From Haliotis rubra (Eukaryota): DNA of 64,000 nucleotides. The stretch is taken from positions 1 to 64,000 of the forward strand of contig NW_025765400.1 in assembly GCF_003918875.1 (NCBI RefSeq). The letters are read 5' to 3'. Positions 37,916-50,814 of this stretch are shown piece after piece (the first letter of the stretch is position 1; each line of letters starts with the position of its first letter). The position numbers and the translations under genes are program-made. The notes below the pieces were generated by a model. The model was not told the DNA's origin and searched no databases. It saw only the letters and a list, made by a program, of their open reading frames with translations.

Positions 37916-39895
37916 TTAATTGTATAACATTTCTTTGTCCTCATTGGTTTCACAGCGATTCTTTTGACTACAGAATTGAAGTAAACTTGCATATAATGTA
38001 GGAAACTGTATATCAGAACAAGTGTTGCAGAACAAAAATGATTTATTGCTCATTTTGTTTTGATGCACATTAGAATCGTAGCGCACGTGTTCCTTCCATC
38101 TCACCATTCCGTGCCAGAACGTGATACACTTCTGCCTTTTCAGACTGCCTACGAAACCAGACCAACCACGACGATCTGGTATGGATCTTGTGAACCGTGC
38201 TCTTGCATAGACTGTTTTTGCAAAGGAAAACAGAAGCAAAATGTAATTTATTAGACAATTGGAAAAATCCCTTTCATGGTTGCATATCATTCCACTATAA
38301 CAATAACAATTTATGAAATATACAAAATATTCCACATACATGTCAAATACTTTAACTTGACATAATCACAATTCATTTTCAAGACCAATTCAGTTTTGAT
38401 ATACAATGGACAAATTACTGATACTAAGAGCGATTAAAATAGGTTTACAAAGTGTTCTATAACACTGTCATTTGATTCTGAATGTACAGAATTTTGATCT
38501 AGTAGGAATTTGACAAAGGAAGAAAGCATGCCATTGTGACTATCTTAGAAGTACAGTGGACTCCTTCTAAACCGACATCTCTCTATCCGACATTCCCAGA
38601 AAACCGACATATATAGTTGGTTCCGAATTTGTCCCTATATAATATCATATAAGAAACTCCCTCTCATCGGACCTCTCTATCCCGAATTCCGACACTCAGA
38701 TCCCGTCCGAAAACATGTTTTTAGTGCAAATTGACACTCTCTATTTCTTTGTACCTGAAGTCAGTATGGCAAAACAATACAAAACATGAACTTGACAACT
38801 GTAGCCGCGAGGTTAATATCATAACTGTCTTTCTTTGCTGTCCACAATATTGTATTTGTACTGCCTCTGAACTTGTACAACTACTCCATTTTGAGCTGCT
38901 ATTGTAATCCCTTTGTAGTGAGATGTCGTGCTTTGTAAACTTCCTTATGTTTATGCAATTGCGGATTGTACATCCAGATTCTCGGTTAACTTATTGGTTT
39001 TGTCTTCGACTTACTGGTTGGGGCCAACTTGATTTTTTGCCTTTCTGCAACAACACATTCTGCAGTCAACAGAGTGGCTGAAAAAGAACAAAGTAAGCCT
39101 AAAATTCAACTCTAATATCCTATCTACGCATCTGTGTAACACTGTAGCCAGTACGATCACACCCAAAACACACAATAGTATCTGTCCGAGTGTAAGCAAT
39201 GATTAGCCTTAGGTCCAGTACTTTTATCATTAATATAGATGCTTAGGCTTCTACATTCAGATAATTGAATCGCATCGAATAATACTTGTATATGGAGCTT
39301 CGGGTCTACATATTTCTTTAAATGACTTGATATATTGCAACAAAAGATAAAAGTTTTCAATGTCTTCTCACATTGAGGTTGTGAAATTAGTTATGTTAAG
39401 CAACGAACAGAGGATGAAGCTCAAAGGAAGTAGCAGTATGTTACATATCTGGCCAAGACGAAACATGTAAAGAGTATATCACAAGATATGGTGTGTGGTT
39501 TTGCTTTGCCTGGCGATCGGCATTTAGGTTATACACCTAGGACGGGATGCATTGGAGTCCGTACAATGTGTCCGATTAGGATATCCTTTTTGCGCTGCGG
39601 CATGGTATCTCACTATGTTAGTATGAAGAGAGATTGTCAATCTGTAGGGCATTTGCAGCGGTATCATGATTAATGGTGGGTGGTCTGTGTAGATTTGACT
39701 TTGAACTCAATGTTTAATTAAGTGTCTAAATCTTTCAGAACCCTGTTACCTTTATCTATCATGACATACTACATCATGAACACATCAAAGCAAATGTACA
39801 TTGTACCAATTCTTAAAGTCTCGGCATTATACTGTGTTGATGTAAACAGAAGTGTAAGTATACATACCAAGAACCATCAGGAGAAACAGCTTCAT
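37916..39895 (-). CDS. Secreted prepropeptide, copy 2. Exons 39895-39868, 39077-39015, 38211-37916 (ancestral stop at 38101)
   Basis: MKLFLLMVL|ATLLTAECVVA-ERQKIKLAPT|IYARARFTR-SIPDRRGWSGFVGSL-KR... Donors GTATGT/GTAAGT, acceptors TTTCAG/AAACAG. One extra base at about 38133 shifts the tail after KR. AATAAA at 38047-38042 and 37901-37896. Confidence 0.88.
38554..38740. mobile_element. pogo/Tigger-like terminal fragment in intron 2 of copy 2 (shared with copy 4 at about 58500-58650)
   Basis: ta|cagtggactcc terminus with repeated ccgacat motifs. Absent at the equivalent site of copy 3 (about 48350). Confidence 0.6.
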
Positions 39896-39936
39896 GTTCG
39901 TTGATGAGATGTCGCAAAAAGATCTACAGCAAGCAT

Positions 39937-39974
39937 GGAAGTGATGCTCCTGGTCTCAACCACGACTTTAAATA
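39937..39974 (-). promoter_or_regulatory. Core promoter of peptide gene copy 2 (TATA + Inr)
   Basis: TATTTAAA at 39974-39967; Inr-like TCACTT with A at 39942 (32 nt downstream). Confidence 0.65.
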
Positions 39975-40679
39975 TGTTTTCCACACGCAGAGAAAGTGTT
40001 TATTGGTTGCAGCTGGTACTCAGTTTAATCATCATTATTTTCACATGATTATTTTACTGTTTACCTTAATTAAATACTGATGCAGGTTACATCATAGCAA
40101 ATAATGCTAAACTTGCTCCTTGTTAACTCCAATATGGTGAGTTCAGGTGATTTTTCCGTGTGCTGTAAACGCAAATACATGTAATTGAAAACTAGACAAA
40201 ATCATAAATTCGAAATTGGGCAGTTGTACGGAAAGACATATGTACATGGCAGTTTTGAAATGTGAATGTCAGTTGATGTATATGCAATGATCTTCAAATG
40301 ATATATGATGAATCTAGAAAACCATATTTGTGGTAAAATTACGAAGATCAAACTTATTATATACATGTAAATACAAGAGAGGGGGCAAAGTTACCAAATT
40401 GATATAGATGTATATGCAATTATTTTAATCAAGATGATTACCTAAACCTACAATTTACATAAGAACATACATCTACATGTGTATACAATTAATTTATACA
40501 AGAAACTTCCGAAAGTGGACATACATCATTATAAATCTGCAGAGATCAATCAGTGTAACATTGTAGGAGATGTCGTCTTATTCGGTAAACGTATAAAGAA
40601 ACACTTTCACCTTTAAATGGAAAAGAGAGCATATCGAGTTCATCCTGTGATTCAAAGGCAACATGGGTTTCCACATCAA

Positions 40680-41130
40680 GAATGTCAATCATAAACAAAC
40701 AAAATCGTTTCTCTCAGTGTGAAGTTGTTCATAATGTAGGAGTATATGAAAATCATAATGATAAGTATATTTTTCACACAGGTTACATTCTTTAGATATT
40801 TTGCCACGTGATGAGATTTTAATACATATTTGGAGGGCAGATTTATATTTGGGATGTAAGTATGCCAATTGCCAGAGGATATGATAGTTTAACTTGCAAT
40901 TGTCCCGTGCATAAAGCGTCATGTTTGTATTAATTGAGGTTTGCATAACCCATCTGTGTTCTTCATAGCTATGTACAGATGTATTTACAATTTTTCGCCG
41001 TTCGTACTTTGGAGGGAATACACCTTCTTTAATATATTTTTCTATATGTACATGTAAATTATATTTGTAGAGTACTGATAGTAGATCGTTGACCTTATCA
41101 AAATATTTTGCAACTACATATATAATTATT
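40680..41130 (-). pseudogene. Possible decayed LINE ORF2 C-terminus
   Basis: CNLCEKY...FHILLH...ERNDF resembles the CX2C...H...C finger at the end of LINE ORF2. No other support. Confidence 0.35.
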
Positions 41131-41614
41131 ATTGTCCACAGTTATAAATCATTATCTATGCATTCCATAACTTCTTATTTTATGACAATCGGTCATTCCA
41201 AATCAAAGTTATTGAATTAAACGATCCAGTTATCGGTTAAACTATTACTGCAACTGAAATGAAATGTTGCACCTTAAAAGGGCCCCTGTGCGGTAATCAC
41301 GCACTGGTAATTGATGTCAACCGGCCTAAAATCAAAGCTAAATCATTCCTGATTGTGAAAAATCACACACAATTCGGTTGCTAGAACTGCACCACGTTTT
41401 CTCCATTTTGGTGTTCTGTCTTCTTGATCATGGGCCGTATTTATCAAACAACTTAAGTCATTAAAAAACTGAAGTCTGTTAAAAAACTTAGTTTTTTCGA
41501 CTTCAGTTTTGTGGTAAAACTTAAGTCATATTTATAAACAGACTTAGACTTAAGTTTTGTCATTTTTTTACTTAACTATTAATACTCGTTTTGACTTAAG
41601 TCATGTGAAACAAA

Positions 41615-43900
41615 ATGGCTGCCACACGTATTCCAAGAGTATTTAATGAAAGAAGAGACGTTCTGCATACATTAGATGTTAATGAACTGTTACAAAGGTA
41701 CAGATTTGACAGAAACAGTATTGTTTACATTTGTGATTCACTCGAACACGAACTACAAGTAAGTCCCGTAACACATCGGAGTTGTGCCGTGTCCTGTGTT
41801 ACCAAAGTGCTCGTCACTTTGAGGTACCTTTGCAACAGGCACATTTCAGATGCTACTTAGCTAACCCACCACCCAACCCACGTACAAACGCTCGAAGAGT
41901 CATCCTACAAACGCTACGAATCGCTCAGTAGAAGTCAACGCATAGTACTCCGTAAGTTTTGCCACCTTTCCCACGTCAACGCATGGTCCGTAATAAGACG
42001 ACGCTTCCCACGCGTCGATTTTATCACAGCGTCAACTTTATCACACCAGGTGTAGTAGGTGTAATTGATGGCACTCACATTCAAATTCAGGCCCCATCGG
42101 TTAATGAGAATGAATTCATTAACAAGCATCACTACCACAGTATTAATACACAGATAGTGATTGACAGCGACGACCGGATCATGGTAGCACGTTGGCCTGG
42201 TTCAACACACGACTCCCGTATCTTGACAACAAGCGGGTTATGTCGGATGTTTGAGGGGAACCAGTTACCCGTAAGTTGTCATCTGCTTGGCGACAGCGGC
42301 TACCCATGTCGGAGGTGGATTGTAACACCATTTTTGCGTCCCCACCCTTGACCACAGACAAAGTACAACAGGTATTATATTATTATTTCTTCGAGTCAGC
42401 TTCGAGTACTAACCACAAGAGTGATTTCCCTTGGCTATGTGAAATACAATCTCCAACATAAAAACGAAATGGAAGAGTTACATATCTTTGCTAAATGCAT
42501 AACTCGGGTAACGTGTCGTACACTGTCTACTTCTTTTGTCGTAAATGCATCTTAGGTGACTTATCAAACAATACGTGTGGACAAATTATGTGCATCATCA
42601 TATCTCCATTTTGATGTCATACCGCCCATGTTTTTTATATGATGATCCAGTGATTCCAGTTGTATTTATTATTGCAAATTTTCAGATCCAATAAGAAAAC
42701 TAGAAACTGTGTGGAAAAAGGGATTGGGCAACTGAAGCGGCGGTTTCATGTACAGTATGTACTACATGGGGAAATCAGACTTTCCCCACAGAAGGCTTGC
42801 AAGGTATTGCATTACAAAAATGTTTTCTGTGACTTCTTTGAAGTAACAAAAATCATAATTTTTATAAAATTTAAATACACATACATGTTTCCCAATAATT
42901 CCCCCAGGAGTAAATATGCATCAGGTACATAAAGAAACCAAAACAATAAATAAGATTAACAATTCCTTTTATTTAATGAAGATATTAACATTTCTCAAAC
43001 ATAAATGTAAAAATGTCTACACTTTTTCAGTCAGTCCTAACATAAACAAGATGGACAAGTCAGAAATATGTGATCTTACTGTCAATAGGACCTCAGTCAA
43101 TATTGACAGATAGTTATTGTTATCTAAAGTTCAACTATAAAATAAATTAGTTATCTCAAAAATCATATTTAAGAAGAATCATCTTTATGAAGTTTAGACA
43201 GCAAATATGAGTATACTTGTACTGTGACCCTAGGTTTACGAACCTTAGAGAGGAACATTTACATGAAATGTTTAGTGAAATTAAAAAAATATATGTATTC
43301 AAATATCTGAATAGTGGCATTTTCTGTACAGCTACTAAATTAAAGTATAGAGATTGCCAGTATCAAATACTCTTAGAGTCAGATTAGTAAGGGTAGGGAT
43401 TTTACCAACAAAGTATTAGATGTGCACATTCGTGGAAAGATAATGATGCCAGAAATATAAGTGTAGAAAAATAACCTTTCTTAGATAAAGGCCTCATTAA
43501 TTGATGAATACCAGTGGTTAGGTATTAAACTAAAATAAGGTCCATGGAAGATTTTCTCACTAACATTACATAATACTGTTATTTGATGAGAAATGAACAT
43601 CTGTTCAAATAGAGTATCAAAACTAAAAATACATGTCAAAATACGCCCTCTACATCATACTTTATAATTAAATTGACAGAAATTTATTGACCAGTATACA
43701 TCATGTTTTTTTACCAAGGTAATAATTGCCTGTGCAGTGCTGCACAACATCAGCAAGGACAGGATTGTCCCAATGCCAGCTCCAAGTGGAAGCAACAGTC
43801 AACCTGGACAGCTGAGGGCACAGATTCAAGGTCTGCCAGCTATTGCTCCCACAGCAACAGGAACCAGATATAGGGAGCAGTTTGCGATCAGCTTCTTTTA
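41615..43900 (+). pseudogene. Harbinger (HARBI1-like) DDE transposase, intron-containing, frameshifted
   Basis: RYRFDR, VLVTLRYL, GVIDGTHI, YHSINTQIV, WPGSTHDSRIL, LLGDSGYP. Exon about 42686-42803 encodes TRNCVEKGIGQLKRRF; exon from 43719 encodes VIIACAVLHNI. GT-AG introns about 42372-42685 and 42804-43718. Confidence 0.9.
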
Positions 43901-44633
43901 ATGTACGTATTTCTAAAGTCATGGTATCATTGTAGACTGAGAAATTGAATTGATTATTAATTTCATTTTCCTAAGTGCAAGACATCTCATAATTGCAGTG
44001 TTAATTCAGATCACCCTATACTGTTGCCTGTAAATCAATTCTTCTTGTTTATTAATTCTTTTTGTAAGATACTCTCTTTTCAATTTCAAACATTCAATCT
44101 CTAATTCCAGTTTTTCTTTCTGTAATGCCTGCACAGAAGGCTGACGCTGGCACTGGCAGGCTGTCTGGCAGGTGGTATGCATTTACCATGTCCTGGACCT
44201 CGTCGCTGACCATGATTGGGCTACAACGGACGAAGCATGATTTGTAGAATATGTAACAGAATGAAATACATGTATATATAATTTCCATACCCTGAGCCTT
44301 TTGTTTTATGTTCATACAGAGTCATGGCAGTCATTTCAAACCAAGTGACCCTGACAGGCAGATTGGGAAAGAATGAATTTTAATCACAAATTACAATTTC
44401 CCCAAAACTTTAGGACATCATGTAATTCATGCAGGGCAAGATGAAGTACTAAGTGACACATGTTCAGTGTTGTTTGCTTAACAAAAGTGGAGGCCTGAGT
44501 AAGTTCAGTATTTTCAGATAGCTGAACCTTACTAATTGGGGCCTAATTCTTACCTGTGATCAGTGTACTGATTGACCTCACACAAGCTACATTTAATGTG
44601 GAAAGTCAGTATTTGATTTATTAAATGTGAGGT

Positions 44634-44911
44634 GAGTGAATGAGTGAGTGAGTTAAAATTTATCGTCACATCGGCAATATTTCAACCATATCGTGACGAG
44701 AAGAATTAATTTTATACATAGTAATTAATGGCAAATTGTAAAAACCTATCAACGAAGGACAGTAAAATAACCAGATTATCACAGATTCGAATTTAAAACT
44801 AGTAATTTAATCTAAAACAGTTTAACTATAGATGACAATACAAGGTAAAAACAGGCTATATATTGCCAATAACTGAAGGTAGATCACCATACTAGGGACC
44901 ACGGGGACTTA
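44634..44911 (-). mobile_element. 5'-truncated LINE 3' end nested in Harbinger
   Basis: 15-bp TSD tattaaatgtgaggt (44619-44633, 44912-44926). Confidence 0.9.
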
Positions 44912-45276
44912 TATTAAATGTGAGGTCATTCTGAGAAAAAATATTGCAGTCTTTTTAGTGCTGTATAGAACAGATTAACATTAAAATGTATATCGCATGT
45001 ACCTTTCTCTTGAAGTGATGTCATCAAGCAGTTGAAGGGCAGTGGAATCATATGAGTCAGAGATACCTGTAAGACTTAAGTTGTCCCTCCCAATGGCCTC
45101 AACAACAGCATCTGTTACTGGACTGACTGGAGTTGGAGGTCCGCCTCCTGTAAATGCAAAAATAAAACATAGATTAATTGCTTCAATATGATTATTTTAT
45201 GTAGAAACATATCACAAACCCAGGAGGTAAGTACTCACTTTATCCTGAAACACTGGAATAGAGTAGGTTTATGTTG

Positions 45277-45586
45277 TAACATATGTTATGTTTGGGATTA
45301 CACTTTCTTAGTAAAGTACAGATTCAAGTACTTTTGTTGGGTTTCAGTGTCCCATCCGGGATTCGAACCAAAACCCTCAGAGTGAGGCACCTAATCGCCA
45401 GCACACAAAGTCAGCCGCCTGACCCGCTCAGCTGGCGTTTGGGTGCCTGACTCTTAGGGCGTGGGTTCGAGTCTCGGATGGAACTCAACCCAACTAAAGT
45501 ACTAGAATCCACTTTACTAAGAAAGTGTAATCCCAAATATAACATATGTTACATTTGACAACTTTCTCAATGGCATTGTGTAATCA
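45277..45586. mobile_element. Fold-back tRNA-headed retroposon in a Myb-gene intron
   Basis: 13-bp TSD taggtttatgttg. Arms 45277-45400 and 45432-45551 are imperfect inverted repeats, each carrying a Pol III B-box. Confidence 0.8.
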
Positions 45587-47014
45587 TAGGTTTATGTTGC
45601 TAGAAAATATACAGTATATACAAGAACTTACAATGTAGGTCTGAAAATATTGTGTGTGAAACTAATTTTTTCCACTTTCTGACATTTATCACATCATTTA
45701 TGTAACCTTTTATGATACTTATATTTTGATAACCAATAATAATAATACTGTAACCATAATCATGTTTACCAGTGGCAATTGTTTGCTGCCTGAACTTGGA
45801 ATAAGTCTCCTTGGATGAACTCTTTAAGTTCTTCCAATTTTTTCCCAACTCATCCCTGGTCCTCTTGAGGGTCAGACTTCAATTGAGGGTGTCTGTAATC
45901 ATCTACAATGTAAACAGAATAAATCAAATGGGGAAAATTCCCTTCAAAATTACATTAAGATATTTATCAGTGTATAAAAATTTGACCTTTTACATGTGAA
46001 CTAGTTATCAAGTGCATGTATGCTCATATTTACACAATAACTGAAAAAAAGAAGATGGGTATCCATTTCCAAAATATTTCATTCTTTCCTGATAATTTTA
46101 GTATGCCACAATTGCCAGTAAAATTACGTATAGGAATTAGTACCAAACTAAAACACAACAGATGACCACGACATGTGTATGTAAATATAATTTTACCAGC
46201 CAGGTAAAGTCAAGGGAATTTGTTAGAACACTCATATCACTACCGCAAAACTAAAACACGTACCTGCCACGCCTCCTGTCGCTTCATGCAGGTGATGCCA
46301 GGCCCCAACCTGCCCTCAAGCACCACTCTGTTGGCTGCAACTAGCTCAGCTAGCAACAGAGACTCTTCTTTCGTAAAATTAGGCCGCCCCTTTTTCGTTT
46401 CGTCCGCCATGGTATCTATTCGATGCTGTTCGTGTATCGTCTGCGCTGTCCGGGAATTTCCCCCGATGATGTTTTTCTGTCTCTCAGTAAAAAATAATTC
46501 CACTGGTAGGCTAAAAATAACCTGGATAGTCCCTAGCGACCACGTGATTGCGTTCGGCGAAATCGACTTAGTTTTTGCCGGCGGACTTATCTAAGTTTCA
46601 GACTAAGCCCCTTTGTGAATACCAACTTTTGACTTGGCCAAGGCTATTTGTAGAAACTTAAGTTTTTTCTTAAGTCAAAACTTAGTTGTTTGATAAATAC
46701 GCCCCCATGTCTTAGCTACACTTTTGACGGCGATTAAGTTGGACTTGCATTAATCTTTTGAACACCTCCAGTAGATTTTCTCTCCCTTCTTGCTTCCAAC
46801 ACAAATCTTGCACCCATCGAAATATAAATTAATACTAACACGGTTTGGTGGTAGTACCCTTATGTATCAAGTGTTTTACTTAAATATGGTGACAATGGAA
46901 TAATAAAGGAGGATGTGCAATTACTGCGTACTAATTAACCCTTTTCTTAATATACTAGCCTTATATAAATATTTACCTAAATTACATAATATTCTAATAT
47001 TGTTAATACTAAAG

Positions 47015-47145
47015 GTGAGTGAGTGAGTTCAGTTCTACGCCGCACTCAGCAATATTCTAGATATATGGTGGCTGTCTGTAAATACTCGAGTCTGGACCAG
47101 ACAATCCAGTGATCAACAGCATGAACATCGTTCTACGCAATTGGG
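47015..47145 (-). mobile_element. 3' fragment of a second (ACTC)n-tailed SINE
   Basis: gtgagtgagtgagttcagttctacgccgcactcagcaatattc... The tail is related to the SINE at 24593 but the body differs. Confidence 0.65.
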
Positions 47146-47885
47146 ATACTAAGAAGTTGAATAAGCTTAAACACTGATTTATAATAATATGCTTTAATAT
47201 ACATTATTCAATAATTAACATACGATGGGCATTTTGATATTAAATTTAATTCATCTTCAATGTCATCTTTACACATTAAACATTTACGATCAGCAATGTT
47301 TTCGTATCTGCCAGTTTCTATCGCAAAGTTATGTCAGCTGAGTCGGAAGTTTGATAAATACTAGTATTTGGAATAGATTTACGTAAATAATATTCAAGCG
47401 AACATTGATTGACAACATTTTTATTAATTACGCAACCTCAACGTTTAATTTATAGTTGCAATGAAACACGCAATTGAATAATTCAAAACTCCCAGATAAA
47501 ATGAAAACACAAACTCAACGTTTAATGATAAATGTTATGTGTAAACACAACATATGTTGCGATTTATAACCAGTTCAGCGATTGAATTATGTGTTTTACT
47601 TAGAAATGAAAACATAAAGTCGAACCAGTATTTTTATTACTGTAACCAGTTCAGCGTTAACTGCATTAACACGTATTTTAAATATGTGTTTTACTTTGAA
47701 ATGAAACCACAAAGTGGAACCAATGTTGTTGTTACCTTAACCAGTCCAGCGTGAATTTTCAAGCATGCAATTGAATTATTCACTACTGATAAGTAAAATA
47801 TGTATCAGAACTAGTATAGCAGAACAAGAATGATTTATTGCGCATTTTTGGTTTTGATGCACATTGCGCGTTCCTCACCATCTCA

Positions 47886-50735
47886 TCATTCAGTGCCAGA
47901 ACTTGATACACTTCGCCTCCTCAGACCGCTTGCGAAACCAAACTTATGAGAATCTGTTACTGATGCTGTTGCATACACTGTGTCAAACAGAAAATAGAAG
48001 CAAGGTGTAATTTGTTAGACAATTGGAAAGGGAAAAAGTCACTTTCATAATTACTTATCATGTGTGATCAGAAACAATATTCCACTATGACAATTAAAAT
48101 ATATGAAGTATATTCCAATACAAAATGACACCATGACTACAATGATACAACATATTTAACATATATGTCAAACACTTAACATATTCACAGTTTATTTTAA
48201 AGCTAAATTCAATCTCGATATACATTGGTAAATGATGTCAGATTCAAAACACATGTATGGATGCAATAGTGGCTGAATGTACAGAATTTGGATTTGGTAG
48301 GAAAAGTAAACTATGAAAAAGCATGTCACTGCGACTATTGTGACTATCGGGAAAGTATTTCTTTGCACCTGAAGTCATTATGGCAAGTAAATACAAATCA
48401 TGAACTTGACAACTGTAGCCGCAAAGGTAATCGCTGTCTTCCATTGATGTCAGCAATATTGTATTTGTACTGTCTCTGAACTTGTACTGCTATTCTATTT
48501 TGGGCTGCTATCGTAATTAATTTGTAGTGAGATGTCGTGCTTTGTAAAGTTCCTTATGTTCCTTGTGTGATTGCTGATTGTATAAAATCCCTTTCTTTGT
48601 CGATATCACACCGAATTCCCTTACATCCAGAGTTTGGGTTAACCTAAAAGTTTAACATGGGAATCGACACGTTACACCATCAACATTTGCCTTCGACTTA
48701 CCGGTAGGGGCCAGATTCATATTTCCCAAGTTTGCAACGACACATTCTGTAGTCAACAGAGTGACTGAAAAAGAAGAAATTCAGCATATAAGCGAAACGG
48801 AATTCAATTCTGATATCTTATCTAAGCATCCGTGTTACACTATAACCTTTAAAGGTCACATGCAACGTAAAACACAACTCGCAGATTCTGTATGGACGTA
48901 CCGAAACAAATCATCAAAAATGCAAATTCAATTATAAAGATGAAAAATAACGCGATGAAAAAAACCGCGCGAAATCGTAGTTCAAACGATTCACTAATTT
49001 TCCCCCAGCGCTTGGGGGAATTCAAGTGGTTTCAACAGCTGGGCTGCGCTCATAGCACATGCGCAGTGAAATAAGTTCGCGGAGCTTGGAAGCGGGTTGT
49101 CCGGTGAATACTCGGTGAAGGCTTTGGTGTGAGCTATTTTCTAATGTTTTGTTGATATTTCGCCGGCGCGAGCTTTTTATGTGTTATTACAGTAGATTAC
49201 CGATTTAACTGTTTATATAATTTCATTTGTCTATTTCACCACACGTTCTTCTTACCGAGTCACTTTCTCAGTTCAATACTTAAAAGCAATGTCATTATTT
49301 AGCGTTGACAGAATTTCTAATTGTGATATAGATATGTCGTTGTCACAGACAAAACTTAATGTCTGTTTTATTGACACCGATGTGTCTGCCTGCCCGTCTG
49401 CTAATGACAATATACAATACACAACTTCGATCACTGACCACATGCAATTTGAACTTAACACCTATCAGGCTATACACCATAAACAAACGCATTGATTTAT
49501 GGCCCGAGTTAGGTCTCTGTCACATTATGTAATCACACAGACAGGCAGGTGTGATACTTGTACACATGACATGTTATGATGTCTGTTGATTACAAAATGT
49601 TATAAACAAAAAATGAGCATGTATTTACAAAACCCAACATCTCTACATATACACACACAATGAGCCGTGAGCGCTTCTGCAAATGAACCAGCCGTTACAC
49701 TTGAGTGCACATCCACCCGCTCTGACTGGGTTCGGTATTCCGGCTGCTTCGTTTCTTGGGAAGTAAACCCAAGTACAAAATATTGCACTTTTGATTTGCG
49801 ATTGTACGGTTGCAATTTTGTTGATATGTTTTTTCATAACCAGCAATGTATATTATATGTCATGAATAAGTGATAATTGTGTTTTAATTATGTTTGATTT
49901 TTTGGTTGCATGTGACCTTTAAGATCACATCCAAAAACACAGTATTGCCTGTCCGAGTAATAGCCATAATTATCAGGAAGTCAAATTACTTACAGTTGAT
50001 AGAGATGCTCGGGCTTCTACATGCAGATAGTTTAATCGCATAGAATAACACATATACACATGTACGTATATGGATCTTCGGATCTACATGTTTCTTTAAA
50101 TGAATCAATGTTAGGCAACAAAAGATAAAAGTCACCAATGTCTTCTCATATTGAGGTTATCAATTTAGGTATGTTAAGCAACAAATAGAGGATGAAGCTC
50201 AAATGAAGTAGCAGTCTTTTACATCTCTGGCCAGGCCGAAACATGTGAAGTGTATACCATAAGATTGTGCGTGGTGTTCTCCCGCCTGGTGCTCGGCATT
50301 TAGGTGATGTACTAGAGACTGGATGCTTTGGAGTCGGTATAATGTGTCTGAGTAGGCTATCTGTGTAGCGTCGTCACGATATGGCTGAGATATTGCCGAT
50401 GTGATGTTAAATATTAACTCACTCACTATCTGTGTAGCGCCGCGGCATGGTATCTCACTATGTTAGCGCGGAACAGAGAATGCTTTCTGTAGGGTATTTT
50501 CAGCAGTATCATGAGTAATGTGGTCTCTGCGCACTGTAGATTTGACTTTGAACCGAAACTAAGACTCAGTCCAAAGAACCATGTTACTTTCATCAACTGT
50601 GCGTGCAGAAGCCAAACAACCCAAATCAAATGCATGCACATTTTACTGCTACCAATACTCTCGGCATTACACTGTACTACTGTGAACACAAGTGTAAGTA
50701 TACATACCAAGAACAATCAGGAGAAACAGCTTCAT
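47886..50735 (-). CDS. Secreted prepropeptide, copy 3 (60 aa). Exons 50735-50708, 48764-48702, 47977-47886
   Basis: MKLFLLIVL|VTLLTTECVVA-NLGNMNLAPT|VYATASVTDSHKFGFASGL-RRRSVSSSGTE*. Canonical GT-AG phase-1 introns and intact frame. AATAAA about 47 nt past the stop. Confidence 0.9.
48853..49918. mobile_element. Kolobok-type non-autonomous DNA transposon in intron 1 of copy 3
   Basis: TTAA TSD (48849-48852, 49919-49922). TIR aggtcacatgcaac / gttgcatgtgacct (purine termini, unlike the CC termini of piggyBac). Empty site in copies 2 (about 39150) and 4 (about 59305). Confidence 0.85.
50371..50425 (+). mobile_element. Very short LINE 3'-end insertion nested in an old SINE
   Basis: 14-bp TSD ctatctgtgtagcg; (ACTC) tail. 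Confidence 0.9.
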
Positions 50736-50776
50736 GTTCGTTGATGAGATGCCGCAACAAAATCTACAGCAAGGGT

Positions 50777-50814
50777 GGAAATGTTGCTCCTGGTCTCTAC
50801 CATGGCTTTAAATA
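50777..50814 (-). promoter_or_regulatory. Core promoter of peptide gene copy 3
   Basis: TATTTAAA at 50814-50807; Inr variant ACATTT at the homologous position. Confidence 0.6.

Larger units (their letters stand above)
44100..46410 (-). pseudogene. Harbinger Myb/SANT-like DNA-binding protein, multi-exon
   Basis: MADETKKGRPNFTKEESLLLAELV...KRQEAWQ|(GT). Exon about 45905-45770 encodes KRTRDELGKNWKNLKS...ATG. Exon about 45147-45003 encodes GGPPTPVSPVTDAVVEAIG. The 3' limit is approximate. Confidence 0.85.
41432..46705. mobile_element. Complete PIF/Harbinger DNA transposon (5274 bp)
   Basis: 22-bp TIR gggccgtatttatcaaacaact / agttgtttgataaatacgcccc (1 mismatch). 3-bp TSD CAT (41429-41431, 46706-46708). 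Convergent transposase and Myb/SANT genes. Confidence 0.95.
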
